Positions 36,664 through 46,628 of a DNA stretch of 64,000 nucleotides are shown here, piece after piece. The notes under the pieces were generated by a model that was not told the origin of the DNA, did no database searches, and saw only the letters and a program-made list of their open reading frames with translations. The translations under genes were made by a program, and so were the position numbers. The stretch comes from Vicinamibacterales bacterium (lineage in GTDB: Bacteria > Acidobacteriota > Vicinamibacteria > Vicinamibacterales > UBA8438). The DNA lies in NCBI GenBank assembly GCA_965197395.1, contig CBDANB010000005.1, positions 202,776 to 266,775 on the forward strand. Reading direction: 5' to 3'. Each line of letters opens with the position of its first letter. Positions within the stretch are counted from its first letter, which is position 1.

Positions 36664-39600
36664 ATGAAGAGCATGATCGAATGGTTCGCGCGCAATACTG
36701 TCGCCGCGAACCTGATGATGGTGTTCATCGTCGTGAGCGGCGTCATCGCCGTGTTCACGGTCAACGAGGAGACTTTCCCCGAGATCGAGCTCGATCGCGT
36801 CAACATCGAAGTGCCATATCTCGGCGCCGCGCCGGAAGAGGTCGAGGACGCGGTCAACATCCGCATCGAGGAGGCCATTCAGGGGATCGATGGCATCAAG
36901 CAGATCCAGTCGACCGCATCCGAAGGCATGGGCTCGGTCATGGTCGAGATGGAGCTCGGCGCCGACCCTCGCAAAGTGGTCGACGACATCAAGAGCAACG
37001 TAGACGCGATCACCACGTTCCCGATCGAGACCGAGAAACCGATCATTCGCGAGCTGACGAGCCGCAATCAGGTCACCGATATCGCGATCTCGGGCGACCT
37101 CGACCCGTTCACGCTCAAAGAGGTGGCGGAGCGGGTCCGCGACGAGCTGACCGCCCTCCCCGAGATCACCCAGGTGGATGTCGTCAGCGCGCCGCCCTAC
37201 GAGATTTCGATCGAGATCTCCGAGGTGTCCCTGCGGCGCCATGGCTTGACGTTCGACCAAGTGGCTGACGCCGTCCGACGGTCGTCGCTCGATCTGCCTG
37301 GCGGGTCGGTCCGGACCGACCGCGGTGAGATCCTGCTCCGCACGATTGGCCAGGCCTACCGGGGTGAGGAATACGAGCGTCTGGTGGTCTGGACACGGGA
37401 GGATGGCAGTCGCCTGCACCTGGGCGACGTGGCGACGGTCGTCGATGGGTTTGCGGAAACCGACCAGCACGCCCGATTCGACGCCAAGCCGACCATGATG
37501 GTGTCGGTGTTTCGGACCGGCAATCAGAGCGCCCTGGGGATCGCCGAGAGCGTACGCGAGTACGTCGATGGCGCACAGGGACGCCTGCCAAGTGGGGTCA
37601 CGCTGTCCATCTGGCAGGACGAAGCGGAGCGACTGGGCGCCCAGTTGACGCTCATGCTGCGCAACGGTGTCACCGGGTTCGTGCTGGTGTTCATCGTGCT
37701 CACGCTGTTCCTGGAGCTTCGCCTCGCTCTGTGGGTCAGTCTCGGTATTCCGATCTCGTTTCTCGGCGCGCTCGCCTTGTTGCCCGGTCTGGATGTGACG
37801 ATCAACATCATGTCGCTCTTCGCCTTCATCCTGGTGTTGGGCATCGTGGTCGACGACGCGATCATCGTCGGGGAGAACATCTTCCGGCATCAGGAGGAGC
37901 ACGGCCAAGGGCTGCGTGGGTCGATCGAAGGTGGGCAGGAGATCGCCAAGCCGGTCGTCTTTGCTGTCTTGACCACCGTTGCCGCGTTCCTGCCGTTGAT
38001 GTTCGTGCCGGGCATGATGGGCAAGATCTTCCGGATCATCCCGCTCATCGTGATTCCATGCTTGCTCTTCTCGTTGGTGGAGTCGCTGAACATCCTTCCG
38101 GCCCACCTCTCACACGTGCCGAAGCGCGGGCGCCCGGGCCGCTGGCGCAGGTTCCAGGGGCTGTTCGCCAACGGGCTGAAGCTGTTCATCCAACGCGCGT
38201 ATCGACCCTTCCTCGAGCTTGCGCTCCGGTGGCGGTATCTGACCGCGTCGGTGGGTGTCGCGACGATGGTCGTCACCCTCGGCATGGTGCTCTCCGGCCG
38301 CCCGACCTTTCACTTCATGCCGTCGATCGAGGCGGACTTCATGGCGGCATCGGTGACGATGCCGCAGGGAACGCCGGTGGACGTGACCTCGACAGCCGTC
38401 GAGAAGCTCGAAGCCGGGGCGACCCGGCTCCGGCAGGCGCTGCTCGAGGAAACGGGCCAGGACTATTTTCGCCACGTGTCCGCGTCTGTCGGCGACCAGC
38501 CGATGGCGGGGCGTGGCCAGGGTCCGGCGCGCGGGCTGGTCAATAACGCCGCCCCCAACGTTGGCGAAGTGACCGTCGAGCTTGCGCCGGCGGAAACACG
38601 CATCTACACCAGCGACGAGATCGGCAACATGTGGCGCCGGACGGTCGGAGCGATCCCGGAAGCGGTCGACCTCAACTTCAACATGTCGGTGATGACACCC
38701 GGTGACGACGTCGACGTGCAGCTGGCGGGACCGGACCTCGACGTGCTGCGCGCGGCGGCGACGGAGATCAAGGCGCGGCTCACGGAGTACAGGGGCGTCT
38801 ACGAAGTCTCCGATTCGTTTCGCGCCGGCAAGGAGGAGATGAAGCTCGGCATTACGCCGGCCGCCGAGACGCTCGGGCTCACGCTGCAGAACCTCGGCCG
38901 GCAAGTGCGGCAGGCGTTCTATGGCGAGGAGGCACAGCGGATCCAGCGCGGCCGCGACGACATCCGGGTCATGGTCCGCTACCCGCGCGAGGACCGGCGG
39001 TCGCTCGGCGATCTCGAGAACATGCGGATCCGGACGCCGGAGGGCGGCGAGGTGCCGTTCTCGCAGGTGGCGGTGGTCGAGCCGGGCCGCGGCTTTGCGT
39101 CGATCAGGCGGGTCGATCGAAACCGCGCGGTCAACGTGACGGCAGCCGTCGACTCGTCCATTACGTCCGGTGGACAGGTCATCGCCGACCTCGAGGCGCG
39201 GATCCTCCCGGAGGTGCTGGCACAGCATCCCGGCGTGTTCTACACGCTGGAGGGCGCACAGGCGGAGATGACCGATGCGATCGGCGGTCTGCAGCGCGGG
39301 TTCGTGCTTGCCCTCCTGATGATCTTCGCACTGCTGGCCGTACCGCTTCGCTCCTACGTGCAGCCGCTCATCATCATGAGCGCGATCCCGTTCGGGCTGG
39401 TGGGCGCCGTGTGGGGGCATCTGGTCATGGGGCTCGACGTGACGATGATGTCGATGTTCGGGTTGGTTGCGCTGACGGGCGTGGTCGTCAACGACAGCCT
39501 GATCATGGTCGACTTCATCAACCGGAAGCGGGGCCTGCATACCGACATGGGCGTTGCCGTGCGCGAAGCGGGGGTCAATCGTTTTCGACCCATTCTGCTG

Positions 39601-39876
39601 ACATCGCTCACGACGTTCTTCGGGCTCGTGCCCTTGATGCTCGAACGCAGCTTCGACGCATCGTTCACGAAGCCGATGGCGGTCTCGTTGGCGTTCGGCG
39701 TCCTCTTCGCGACCTTCATCACGCTGATCCTGGTTCCGACCGCCTACCTGGTGCTCGAAGACGTCAAGTGGACGGTGCGGACGATATTCGGTCGGGGGGG
39801 AGGCGCGACTGCGACACCGCTGGGTGCCGGCGCGCCGGCCGAGGAGACGGGTGCTGCCCGGACCGCGGAAGCCTAG
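36664..39876 (+). CDS. RND efflux transporter permease (AcrB/HAE family)
   Basis: 1070 aa with 12-TM/2-loop RND architecture and an N-terminal MIEWFARN..AANL.M motif. Confidence 0.9.
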   Translation: MKSMIEWFARNTVAANLMMVFIVVSGVIAVFTVNEETFPEIELDRVNIEVPYLGAAPEEVEDAVNIRIEEAIQGIDGIKQIQSTASEGMGSVMVEMELGADPRKVVDDIKSNVDAITTFPIETEKPIIRELTSRNQVTDIAISGDLDPFTLKEVAERVRDELTALPEITQVDVVSAPPYEISIEISEVSLRRHGLTFDQVADAVRRSSLDLPGGSVRTDRGEILLRTIGQAYRGEEYERLVVWTREDGSRLHLGDVATVVDGFAETDQHARFDAKPTMMVSVFRTGNQSALGIAESVREYVDGAQGRLPSGVTLSIWQDEAERLGAQLTLMLRNGVTGFVLVFIVLTLFLELRLALWVSLGIPISFLGALALLPGLDVTINIMSLFAFILVLGIVVDDAIIVGENIFRHQEEHGQGLRGSIEGGQEIAKPVVFAVLTTVAAFLPLMFVPGMMGKIFRIIPLIVIPCLLFSLVESLNILPAHLSHVPKRGRPGRWRRFQGLFANGLKLFIQRAYRPFLELALRWRYLTASVGVATMVVTLGMVLSGRPTFHFMPSIEADFMAASVTMPQGTPVDVTSTAVEKLEAGATRLRQALLEETGQDYFRHVSASVGDQPMAGRGQGPARGLVNNAAPNVGEVTVELAPAETRIYTSDEIGNMWRRTVGAIPEAVDLNFNMSVMTPGDDVDVQLAGPDLDVLRAAATEIKARLTEYRGVYEVSDSFRAGKEEMKLGITPAAETLGLTLQNLGRQVRQAFYGEEAQRIQRGRDDIRVMVRYPREDRRSLGDLENMRIRTPEGGEVPFSQVAVVEPGRGFASIRRVDRNRAVNVTAAVDSSITSGGQVIADLEARILPEVLAQHPGVFYTLEGAQAEMTDAIGGLQRGFVLALLMIFALLAVPLRSYVQPLIIMSAIPFGLVGAVWGHLVMGLDVTMMSMFGLVALTGVVVNDSLIMVDFINRKRGLHTDMGVAVREAGVNRFRPILLTSLTTFFGLVPLMLERSFDASFTKPMAVSLAFGVLFATFITLILVPTAYLVLEDVKWTVRTIFGRGGGATATPLGAGAPAEETGAARTAEA

Positions 39877-39925
39877 ACACAAGAGATCACCGCCACGAAC
39901 TCGTGGGATCACTCTGGAGGGAGAC

Positions 39926-40501
39926 ATGTTCAATCACATCCGGTATTCGATTGCCGCCGCTGCTCTGCTGATCGCCGCGTTTGGCTCACTCGTGGCATCC
40001 GCTCCGGCGATGGCACAAGGTTCGGCGGGCGATCTCCGCGCGCAGTACGCCGCCGACCTCGAGACGATGGAGGCGAAGTTCAATGCGCTCGCGGGCGCCA
40101 TGGACGCGGACATGTACGGATGGCGACCGATGGATGGCGTCCGGTCGGTGAGCGAGGTCTTTATGTTGATCGTCGCCGAGAACTACCTCGTCCCGTCGAC
40201 CTGGGGCGCGGCCCCGCCGGCCGGCATGACCGTGAGCCCAGCCATATTCGGCGAGCTGGCGGGCGTGACCGACAAGGCGAGCGTCGTGAAGCAGCTCGCG
40301 GCGTCGTTCACCTATGCGCTCGCGGCGGTCGGCGACATCAGGGACGACCAGATGCACCAGTCGATTCAGATGTTCGGCCAGGAGTCGACGGTGCAGGGCG
40401 GGCTGTTCTTGATCGTGGGGGACATGCACGAACACCTGGGGCAGGCGATCGCGTACGCCCGTATGAACGAGGTGGTTCCGCCGTGGTCGGCAGGGCAATA
40501 G
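39926..40501 (+). CDS. DinB-family protein with a signal peptide
   Basis: GGAGGGAG Shine-Dalgarno. DinB-like His pattern (GDMHEHLGQAIAY). Confidence 0.75.
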   Translation: MFNHIRYSIAAAALLIAAFGSLVASAPAMAQGSAGDLRAQYAADLETMEAKFNALAGAMDADMYGWRPMDGVRSVSEVFMLIVAENYLVPSTWGAAPPAGMTVSPAIFGELAGVTDKASVVKQLAASFTYALAAVGDIRDDQMHQSIQMFGQESTVQGGLFLIVGDMHEHLGQAIAYARMNEVVPPWSAGQ

Positions 40502-40856
40502 TGATCCGCCGATCGCACCCTGACCGACACGGGCGAGAGTGCACCCACGTCTCAGGGGCGCGGAACGCGATCGCAGGAGGGGAGCCTGGCGCGGACGTAT
40601 TGGGAGCGGGCGCAGGCACTGGCTCCGGATAGCTGGAATTTCCACAGACAGGACTGGAAACTCACCGAAGGGCTCGCGGGACCGAAGCTCCTGGAGAAGA
40701 TGGGAGCACTCGACGAGCCGTTCTACGCACCCCTCGATCTCCGCGGGCAGGAGGACACGGCGCCGCGGTAGCTCCCGGCGTGCCGAGCTCGTAGGACCCC
40801 TCATCGGCCCGGCCGACGCACCGTTGGTCTGTCCGGCGATACGCACCCTCATCAAC

Positions 40857-43163
40857 ATGACTCGAATGAACCGTTGTGCGCGCTTTGTCACCATCGTGGC
40901 AGGCTGGCTGCTGATGTCGTCCGTGAGCCTGGATGCCCAGCAAACAGTGTCGGCTCCGGCACGCGTCCAGAACGGCGATCTGACTGCGCCCGGGGTGCCG
41001 TTGACGCGCGCGGCAACGGTGGATGTGGCGCCGGTCATCGATGGCGACGTGCTCAACGACGCGGCGTACGCCGACGCCCCCATCGCGACGGGATTTGTGC
41101 AGAACCGGCCGTTCGAAGGAGAGCCGGCGTCGGAGCGGACCGAGGTGCGCATCGTCTACACCGCCGACACGCTCTACTTCGGGGTCGTGTGCTACACCGC
41201 GGACCCGAGCACGATCATCGCGGCCGACAGCCGCCGCGATTCCGACCTGACCGAGACCGACAGCTTTCAGATCATCCTCGATACGTATCTCGACGGGCAG
41301 AACGGGTTCGTGTTCGGCACCAACCCGGCGGGCGTCGAATACGACGGGCAGGTGACGAACGAAGGGCAGGGCACCGGGCGCTTTGGCGGCGGCGGCGGTG
41401 GGCGTCCGAGCAACAATCGTCAGCAGCGGGGGTCGGGCGGTGGCTTCAACCTCAACTGGGATGGCGCCTGGCAGGTGGTCACGCGCGTGTCCGACGTCGG
41501 GTGGACCGCCGAGATCGCGATTCCATTTCGTACGCTGCGCTATCCGCGCACCCAGTCGCAGTCGTGGGGCATGAACTTCCAGCGCAACATTCGGGCCCGG
41601 AACGAGCAGGTGTACTGGTCACCGTTGCCGCGTCAATACAACTTAAATCGGATCTCGCTCGCGGGTGCACTCCAGGGACTCGAGGTGCCGCCGCAGCGCA
41701 ACCTGCAGCTCACGCCGTATGCGCTTGGTGAGGGGGTGTACCGGACGGAGCGCGCGATGACCGTGCGCACCGGGGATGTCGGGGCCGACCTCAAATACAG
41801 CGTCACCCCCAGCATGACGCTCGACCTGACCTACAACACCGATTTCGCGCAGGTCGAGGTCGACGATCAACAGATCAACCTCGACCGGTTTACGCTCTTC
41901 TTTCCGGAGAAGCGCCCGTTCTTTCTGGAGAACGCCGGGCTGTTTTCCGTGGGACAGCAGGGGGCCGTCGACATCTTCTTCAGCCGCCGGATCGGGCTCG
42001 GCGACAACGGGGAGCAGATCCCAATCGTGGGTGGCGGTCGCCTCTCAGGGAAAGTTGGGACCAACACCAACATCGGCTTCCTGAACATGCAGACCCAGGC
42101 AGTGGGCGCCACCGGGAGTCCGCGTCAGAACTTCACGGTCGCGCGCGTCCGACAGGATCTCGCGAACCGTTCGAACGTCGGCGCGATGTTCGTCAACAGG
42201 CAGGCGAGTGGTGACCTGGCCGGGGCGGATGACACGAACCGGAGCTATGCGCTCGACGGGACCTGGGGCATCGGGGAAGGCGGTACCGTGTCGGGCTTCG
42301 CGGCGCGGACCCAGACCCCGGGTCTGCCGGCGGGCGAGACCCACGCCTACGCGCTCAGTGCTCAGCATCAGTCGGAACGCGCGCGTCTGAGCCTCGGCTA
42401 CACCGAGGTCGCGCCGAACTTCAATCCGGAGGTCGGGTTCCTGGCGCGTGAGAGCTACCGGCGGATGAATGCCAGCGTGTTCACGACGTTCCGTCCCGAG
42501 AGCTTCATGGGCGTCCACGAGTTCCGGCCTCACGTGTTCCACAACACGTACTTCGACTACCGCACTGGGCGCCACGAATCGCAGTTCACGCACGTCGACA
42601 ACCACATCGAGTGGCGGAACGGCTACGAGATCCACACCGGGATGAACGTCACCCGGGAAGGCGTGTTCGACGCGTTCGAGATCTTCCCTGGGGTGGTCAT
42701 TCCGCCGGGAACGTACGACCACAAGGAAGTGCAGATCGCCGGCAACACGAATCTCGGCGCGCCGGTCAGCTTCAACGTCAACACCATCGTTGGGGGCCTG
42801 TTCGGCGGCGACCGCGCCACGATCACTCCCTCGATTGCCGCTCGCGTCGGGGAGACGCTCAACGCGGCCTTCGAGTGGTCCTACAACGACCTGCGGCTGC
42901 CGGGGGGGGACTTCACGACCAACCTCGCGCGCTTCCGGATGTCGTACTCCTTTACGACACGGATGTTCTTCCAGGGACTGGTGCAATACAACGACCGCGC
43001 AGATTTGTGGTCGTCGAATCTCCGCTTCGGTCTGCTGTCGGATGCCAACACCGGGCTGTTTGTCGTCTACAACGACATTCAGGGCCTCGGGAGCGATATC
43101 CCGAGTGGCGCCGGCCGCACACTCACCCTCAAGTACAGCTACCTGTTCGATCTGATGCGGTAG
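40857..43163 (+). CDS. DUF5916/CBM9-like domain outer-membrane-type protein
   Basis: Signal peptide. N-terminal APVIDGDVLNDAAY...TEVRIVYTADTLYFGV (CBM9-like), followed by a long beta-rich region. Confidence 0.65.
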   Translation: MTRMNRCARFVTIVAGWLLMSSVSLDAQQTVSAPARVQNGDLTAPGVPLTRAATVDVAPVIDGDVLNDAAYADAPIATGFVQNRPFEGEPASERTEVRIVYTADTLYFGVVCYTADPSTIIAADSRRDSDLTETDSFQIILDTYLDGQNGFVFGTNPAGVEYDGQVTNEGQGTGRFGGGGGGRPSNNRQQRGSGGGFNLNWDGAWQVVTRVSDVGWTAEIAIPFRTLRYPRTQSQSWGMNFQRNIRARNEQVYWSPLPRQYNLNRISLAGALQGLEVPPQRNLQLTPYALGEGVYRTERAMTVRTGDVGADLKYSVTPSMTLDLTYNTDFAQVEVDDQQINLDRFTLFFPEKRPFFLENAGLFSVGQQGAVDIFFSRRIGLGDNGEQIPIVGGGRLSGKVGTNTNIGFLNMQTQAVGATGSPRQNFTVARVRQDLANRSNVGAMFVNRQASGDLAGADDTNRSYALDGTWGIGEGGTVSGFAARTQTPGLPAGETHAYALSAQHQSERARLSLGYTEVAPNFNPEVGFLARESYRRMNASVFTTFRPESFMGVHEFRPHVFHNTYFDYRTGRHESQFTHVDNHIEWRNGYEIHTGMNVTREGVFDAFEIFPGVVIPPGTYDHKEVQIAGNTNLGAPVSFNVNTIVGGLFGGDRATITPSIAARVGETLNAAFEWSYNDLRLPGGDFTTNLARFRMSYSFTTRMFFQGLVQYNDRADLWSSNLRFGLLSDANTGLFVVYNDIQGLGSDIPSGAGRTLTLKYSYLFDLMR

Positions 43164-43282
43164 ACGCCGAAACCGGGTCATGTAGTATGTGTAGGCGGTC
43201 GGGGTCGGGTGACCGGCCCTGTTGGGCGTAGCACTCTGCGCGACGACGCGCAGGAGATGGGGGAGCAGATGAGACGGAATGT

Positions 43283-44618
43283 GGCGCTTCAGGGATTCGG
43301 GTGGGCATGAGCACGTGCCTCATCCGGGTACAAGTCCAGGCCTCCGAGATGGAAGTAGATAGCCTTGCGGAACCGCTCCCGGCTCCGAAACCCTGCGGCC
43401 TGTTTCTTGATCCACTGGATGCGTGAGTTGAGGGCCTCGGCGGTCGCGTTCGTGATGCCGCTGATGATGGCGTTGATGACCCCGGCGAAATGTCGTCGGA
43501 CGGTCCGTGCGACTCGGACCATGGGTGCCAGGCGCGAGCGGGCCATCCAGGTGAGCACCGCCTTCAGCGCCCGCTCCGCCCGTTGGGGTTGGCGAAACGC
43601 GAAGGCGTCCATGAACGTTTCCTTGATGGCCCAGGCGCGGGCGACCTTGAGGTTGCTGGATTTGAGCTGCGTTAGCTCGGCCGCCTGTGCCCGCGACATG
43701 TTCCAGGGGTTCATGAGGAAGAGATGCCGTGTGCCCTTGAGGCGCTCGTCGTGGTTCTCGAGCAGCGTTTTGTGCTCGTCACGACGGACCTTGTTCACCG
43801 CATCGCCCAGCAGGCTGGCGAGGTGGTACTTGTCGAAGACAATCCGCTCGTGCGCGTGTGGCCCCAACGCTCGGGTGACCGCGCTCAGGTAGGCGCCCGA
43901 CATGTCCATCGCGACCGCCTCGATGCGGGCTCGTTCGGCGGTGGTGAGCGGGTCGAAGAAGCCGCTGAGCGAGTCCGCCGAGCGGCCATCTGCGACAAAG
44001 AGGACCACCGCCCGCACGGGATCACAGACAACGGTCACGTATTCGTGCCGCTTCTGGAACGAGGTCTCATCGACGCCCACGACCTTGGGCACCGAGCGCT
44101 TGCGGCGGGCGAGCCCTCGGTCCACCGCGCGCTCCATGATGCCCGCCACCTGGTCCCAGGTCAGGGCGAGCAGCTCGGCGACGGCTTTGATGCTGGCGTG
44201 CTGCAGCCACTCGATGACCAGACACTCGAAGAGGGCGGTGAAGCGAGACCGGGGAGCCGCCCAGGGCACCTTCACCTGCCTGATGCCATGCGTCGGACAA
44301 TCGATCCGGGGAATCTCCGCCACGAGCAGGGTCTTGTATTGCATCGTGTCCAGGTGCCGCCACGACCGCGTCCGGGTGTCATGGCGCGAGCAGCGCTCGC
44401 TGCACTCCGGGCACGGCGCCGGCGCATCCGCCCGGAGGGCCACAAAGACCTGCACTGAGTGGTCCTCCATCGAGAGGCCCACATCGACGACTTCCCACGG
44501 CGGTTCGAGGCCGAGAAGCTTGGCGTACAAGTCACGGTCTTGCATGGTGGGATGCTACCGCGACCCACGCTTGTCCTCCACGAGGTGTTGAGATAGCCAC
44601 CCGAAAGCCGGAAGAGCC
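43283..44618 (-). mobile_element. ISL3-family insertion sequence, copy A (1336 bp)
   Basis: Imperfect terminal inverted repeats: GGCGCTTCAGGGATTCGGGTGG at the left end and the reverse complement of GGCTCTTCCGGCTTTCGGGTGG at the right end. Perfect 8-bp direct repeat CGGAATGT at 43275..43282 and 44619..44626. Confidence 0.9.
43289..44545 (-). CDS. ISL3-family transposase
   Basis: 418 aa. N-terminal zinc-finger region (CPECS..C..HD) and DDE core (VGVDETSF). Confidence 0.9.
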   Translation of the reverse strand: MQDRDLYAKLLGLEPPWEVVDVGLSMEDHSVQVFVALRADAPAPCPECSERCSRHDTRTRSWRHLDTMQYKTLLVAEIPRIDCPTHGIRQVKVPWAAPRSRFTALFECLVIEWLQHASIKAVAELLALTWDQVAGIMERAVDRGLARRKRSVPKVVGVDETSFQKRHEYVTVVCDPVRAVVLFVADGRSADSLSGFFDPLTTAERARIEAVAMDMSGAYLSAVTRALGPHAHERIVFDKYHLASLLGDAVNKVRRDEHKTLLENHDERLKGTRHLFLMNPWNMSRAQAAELTQLKSSNLKVARAWAIKETFMDAFAFRQPQRAERALKAVLTWMARSRLAPMVRVARTVRRHFAGVINAIISGITNATAEALNSRIQWIKKQAAGFRSRERFRKAIYFHLGGLDLYPDEARAHAHPNP

Positions 44619-44633
44619 CGGAATGTCCTCGCG

Positions 44634-45635
44634 TTGGCGCCGGTACTGGCTGCGGTAGTGGCGGTGGTGATCACGCCGGGCGTCGTTGTTGGGCAGACGG
44701 CCGCTCCGACTGGCTGGTCCGTGCCTCGAACGGCCGATGGTCATCCCGACCTGCAGGGGATCTGGACGAACAACCGCGCGACCCCGATGGAGCGTCCAGA
44801 GCAGTTCGGCGAGAAAGCCCGGCTGACCGACGAGGAGCTAGCGGAGCTGACCGAGCGCATCCAGGAGTTCCGCGATTCGGAGCAGGCCGGCGACTTGCTG
44901 GGCGACCGCCTCATTCAGCAGGCGCTCGGGAATGCCGAGTTCCAGGATTTTGACACGGTCACCGGGAACTACAACGCGTTCTGGCTGGTCGATCGCTCGC
45001 TCGACAACCGCACATCGCTCATCATCGACCCGCCGAACGGACGGCGACCATCGTTCACCGAGGCAGCGCAGGCTCGCATGCGCGAGCGCCGAGGCCCGCT
45101 CGGGTCGTCGGGCTCCGACGGTCCAGAGCAACGGACCCTGGGCGACCGGTGTCTTCACTGGGGCGTTCCCAACCTGGGATCCGGCTACAACAGCTTTTCC
45201 CAGATCCTGCAGACCCCCGACCAGGTCACGATCCTCCAGGAGATGGGCCATTACATCCGGACGATACCCCTCGACGGACGGCCGCACCTCGATGATTCGA
45301 TCGCGCAGTGGGCGGGGAACTCCCGTGGCCGGTGGGACGGCGACACGCTGGTCGTCGAGACGCGGAGCTACGACCCGCGGAGCCGCTACAGCGGCGGGTC
45401 GGCCAATCTCGTCCTCGTCGAGCGCTTCGATCGGATCGGACCCGGCGTGCTCCGCCACGAGGTCACACTGCGGGACCCGGACACGTGGACGGAACCGTGG
45501 ACCGTCGAGTTGCTGCTCGACCAGACCGAAGAGCCGATCTTCGAATACGCCTGTCACGAGGGGAACTACGCGATGCCCGGCATCCTGGCCGGCGCGCGGG
45601 CCGACGAGCGCAAGGCCGCCGGAGACGCCCGGTAG
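44634..45635 (+). CDS. ACHEGN-motif family, copy 3; 5' end displaced by the ISL3 insertion
   Basis: Same motif set, ending FEYACHEGNYAMPGILAGARADE. The original ATG is at 43269 (MRRNV|LALAPV..). Only a TTG at 44634 remains downstream of the IS. Confidence 0.65.
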   Translation: MAPVLAAVVAVVITPGVVVGQTAAPTGWSVPRTADGHPDLQGIWTNNRATPMERPEQFGEKARLTDEELAELTERIQEFRDSEQAGDLLGDRLIQQALGNAEFQDFDTVTGNYNAFWLVDRSLDNRTSLIIDPPNGRRPSFTEAAQARMRERRGPLGSSGSDGPEQRTLGDRCLHWGVPNLGSGYNSFSQILQTPDQVTILQEMGHYIRTIPLDGRPHLDDSIAQWAGNSRGRWDGDTLVVETRSYDPRSRYSGGSANLVLVERFDRIGPGVLRHEVTLRDPDTWTEPWTVELLLDQTEEPIFEYACHEGNYAMPGILAGARADERKAAGDAR

Positions 45636-45666
45636 GGCCCGCGGCGTGAGTCGAGGGGTCTACGCC

Positions 45667-46467
45667 ATGCGGCACGTCATCACGATCGCGGTCGCGGCCC
45701 TGGTGGCGTGCGTCGGGGCGAGGGACGTGTCGGCGCAGTCGCCGCATCGGATCGCCGCCGAGGGCGGCGACATCGTCATCACCCCCATCGTCCACGCCAG
45801 CGTTCAGCTCGAGCACGCCGGCCGGGTGATTCACGTCGATCCCTGGAGCGCCGGCGACCTCTCGCGGGCGGCACTGGCCGACCTCATCCTCGTGACCGAT
45901 GACCCGGGACACCACCTGGATCCGGAGGCCATCGCGCGCCTCCGGAAGCCGGGGGCGCCCGTCGTCGTGACCGCGGCTGGGGTAGGGGAAGTCCCTGGGG
46001 CGAGCGTGCTGGCAAACGGCGAGCGCCGCGTGTTCGCCGGCATCCCGGTGGAGGCGATCCCGGCCTACGACATGACGCCGGGGAGTCCGCTCCATCCAAA
46101 GGGCGAGGCCAACGGCTACGTGATCACCCTCGGGAGGCGCCGGCTGTACTTCGCAGGCGTCACAGAGTGCGTCCCCGAGATCCAGGCACTTCGTGACATC
46201 GACGTGGCGTTTCTGCCGATGAACCTCCCGGTCGACCGGATGCGACCGATTCCCGTCGCCGAGTGCATCAGGACCTTCGCACCGAAGGTGGTCTACCTCT
46301 ACCACTACGACAATCGCTACGCGCGGTGGCTGCAGAACCCGCAGGGCGCCGGACCGGAAGGCGCAAGGGAGACCGCGGCCACGATCGAGGCGTTCAAGAG
46401 TGCGATCGCCGACCTGCCGGTCGAGTTCCACGACGGTCCGTGGTATCCGCCAGTGACCGCGCGGTGA
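45667..46467 (+). CDS. MBL-fold metal-dependent hydrolase (UlaG/Lactamase_B_3-like), exported
   Basis: Signal peptide. Motifs ITPIVHASVQLEH, ADLILVTDDPGHHLD and YLYHYD. Confidence 0.65.
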   Translation: MRHVITIAVAALVACVGARDVSAQSPHRIAAEGGDIVITPIVHASVQLEHAGRVIHVDPWSAGDLSRAALADLILVTDDPGHHLDPEAIARLRKPGAPVVVTAAGVGEVPGASVLANGERRVFAGIPVEAIPAYDMTPGSPLHPKGEANGYVITLGRRRLYFAGVTECVPEIQALRDIDVAFLPMNLPVDRMRPIPVAECIRTFAPKVVYLYHYDNRYARWLQNPQGAGPEGARETAATIEAFKSAIADLPVEFHDGPWYPPVTAR

Positions 46468-46628
46468 CGGCGCGGCCGTCCTCGCCGGGTCACCGTCCAG
46501 CGGGGCGTACTCAAACACAGGACCGTCGTTTCCGTCGACGTTCTGAGTCAGGAACCCTTGTTTCCGCGGCACCGGTTGGGTCGTGCTTCAATAGTCCCCC
46601 ACGATGGTGGAAGCAGAGGAGCGGCCCG

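Noticed and set aside
36664-39876. RND pump as part of a complete tripartite efflux operon
   Set aside because: No membrane-fusion (HlyD/AcrA-type) or outer-membrane-factor gene is adjacent. The flanking genes are a DUF2911-like protein and a DinB-fold protein, so only the permease is called.
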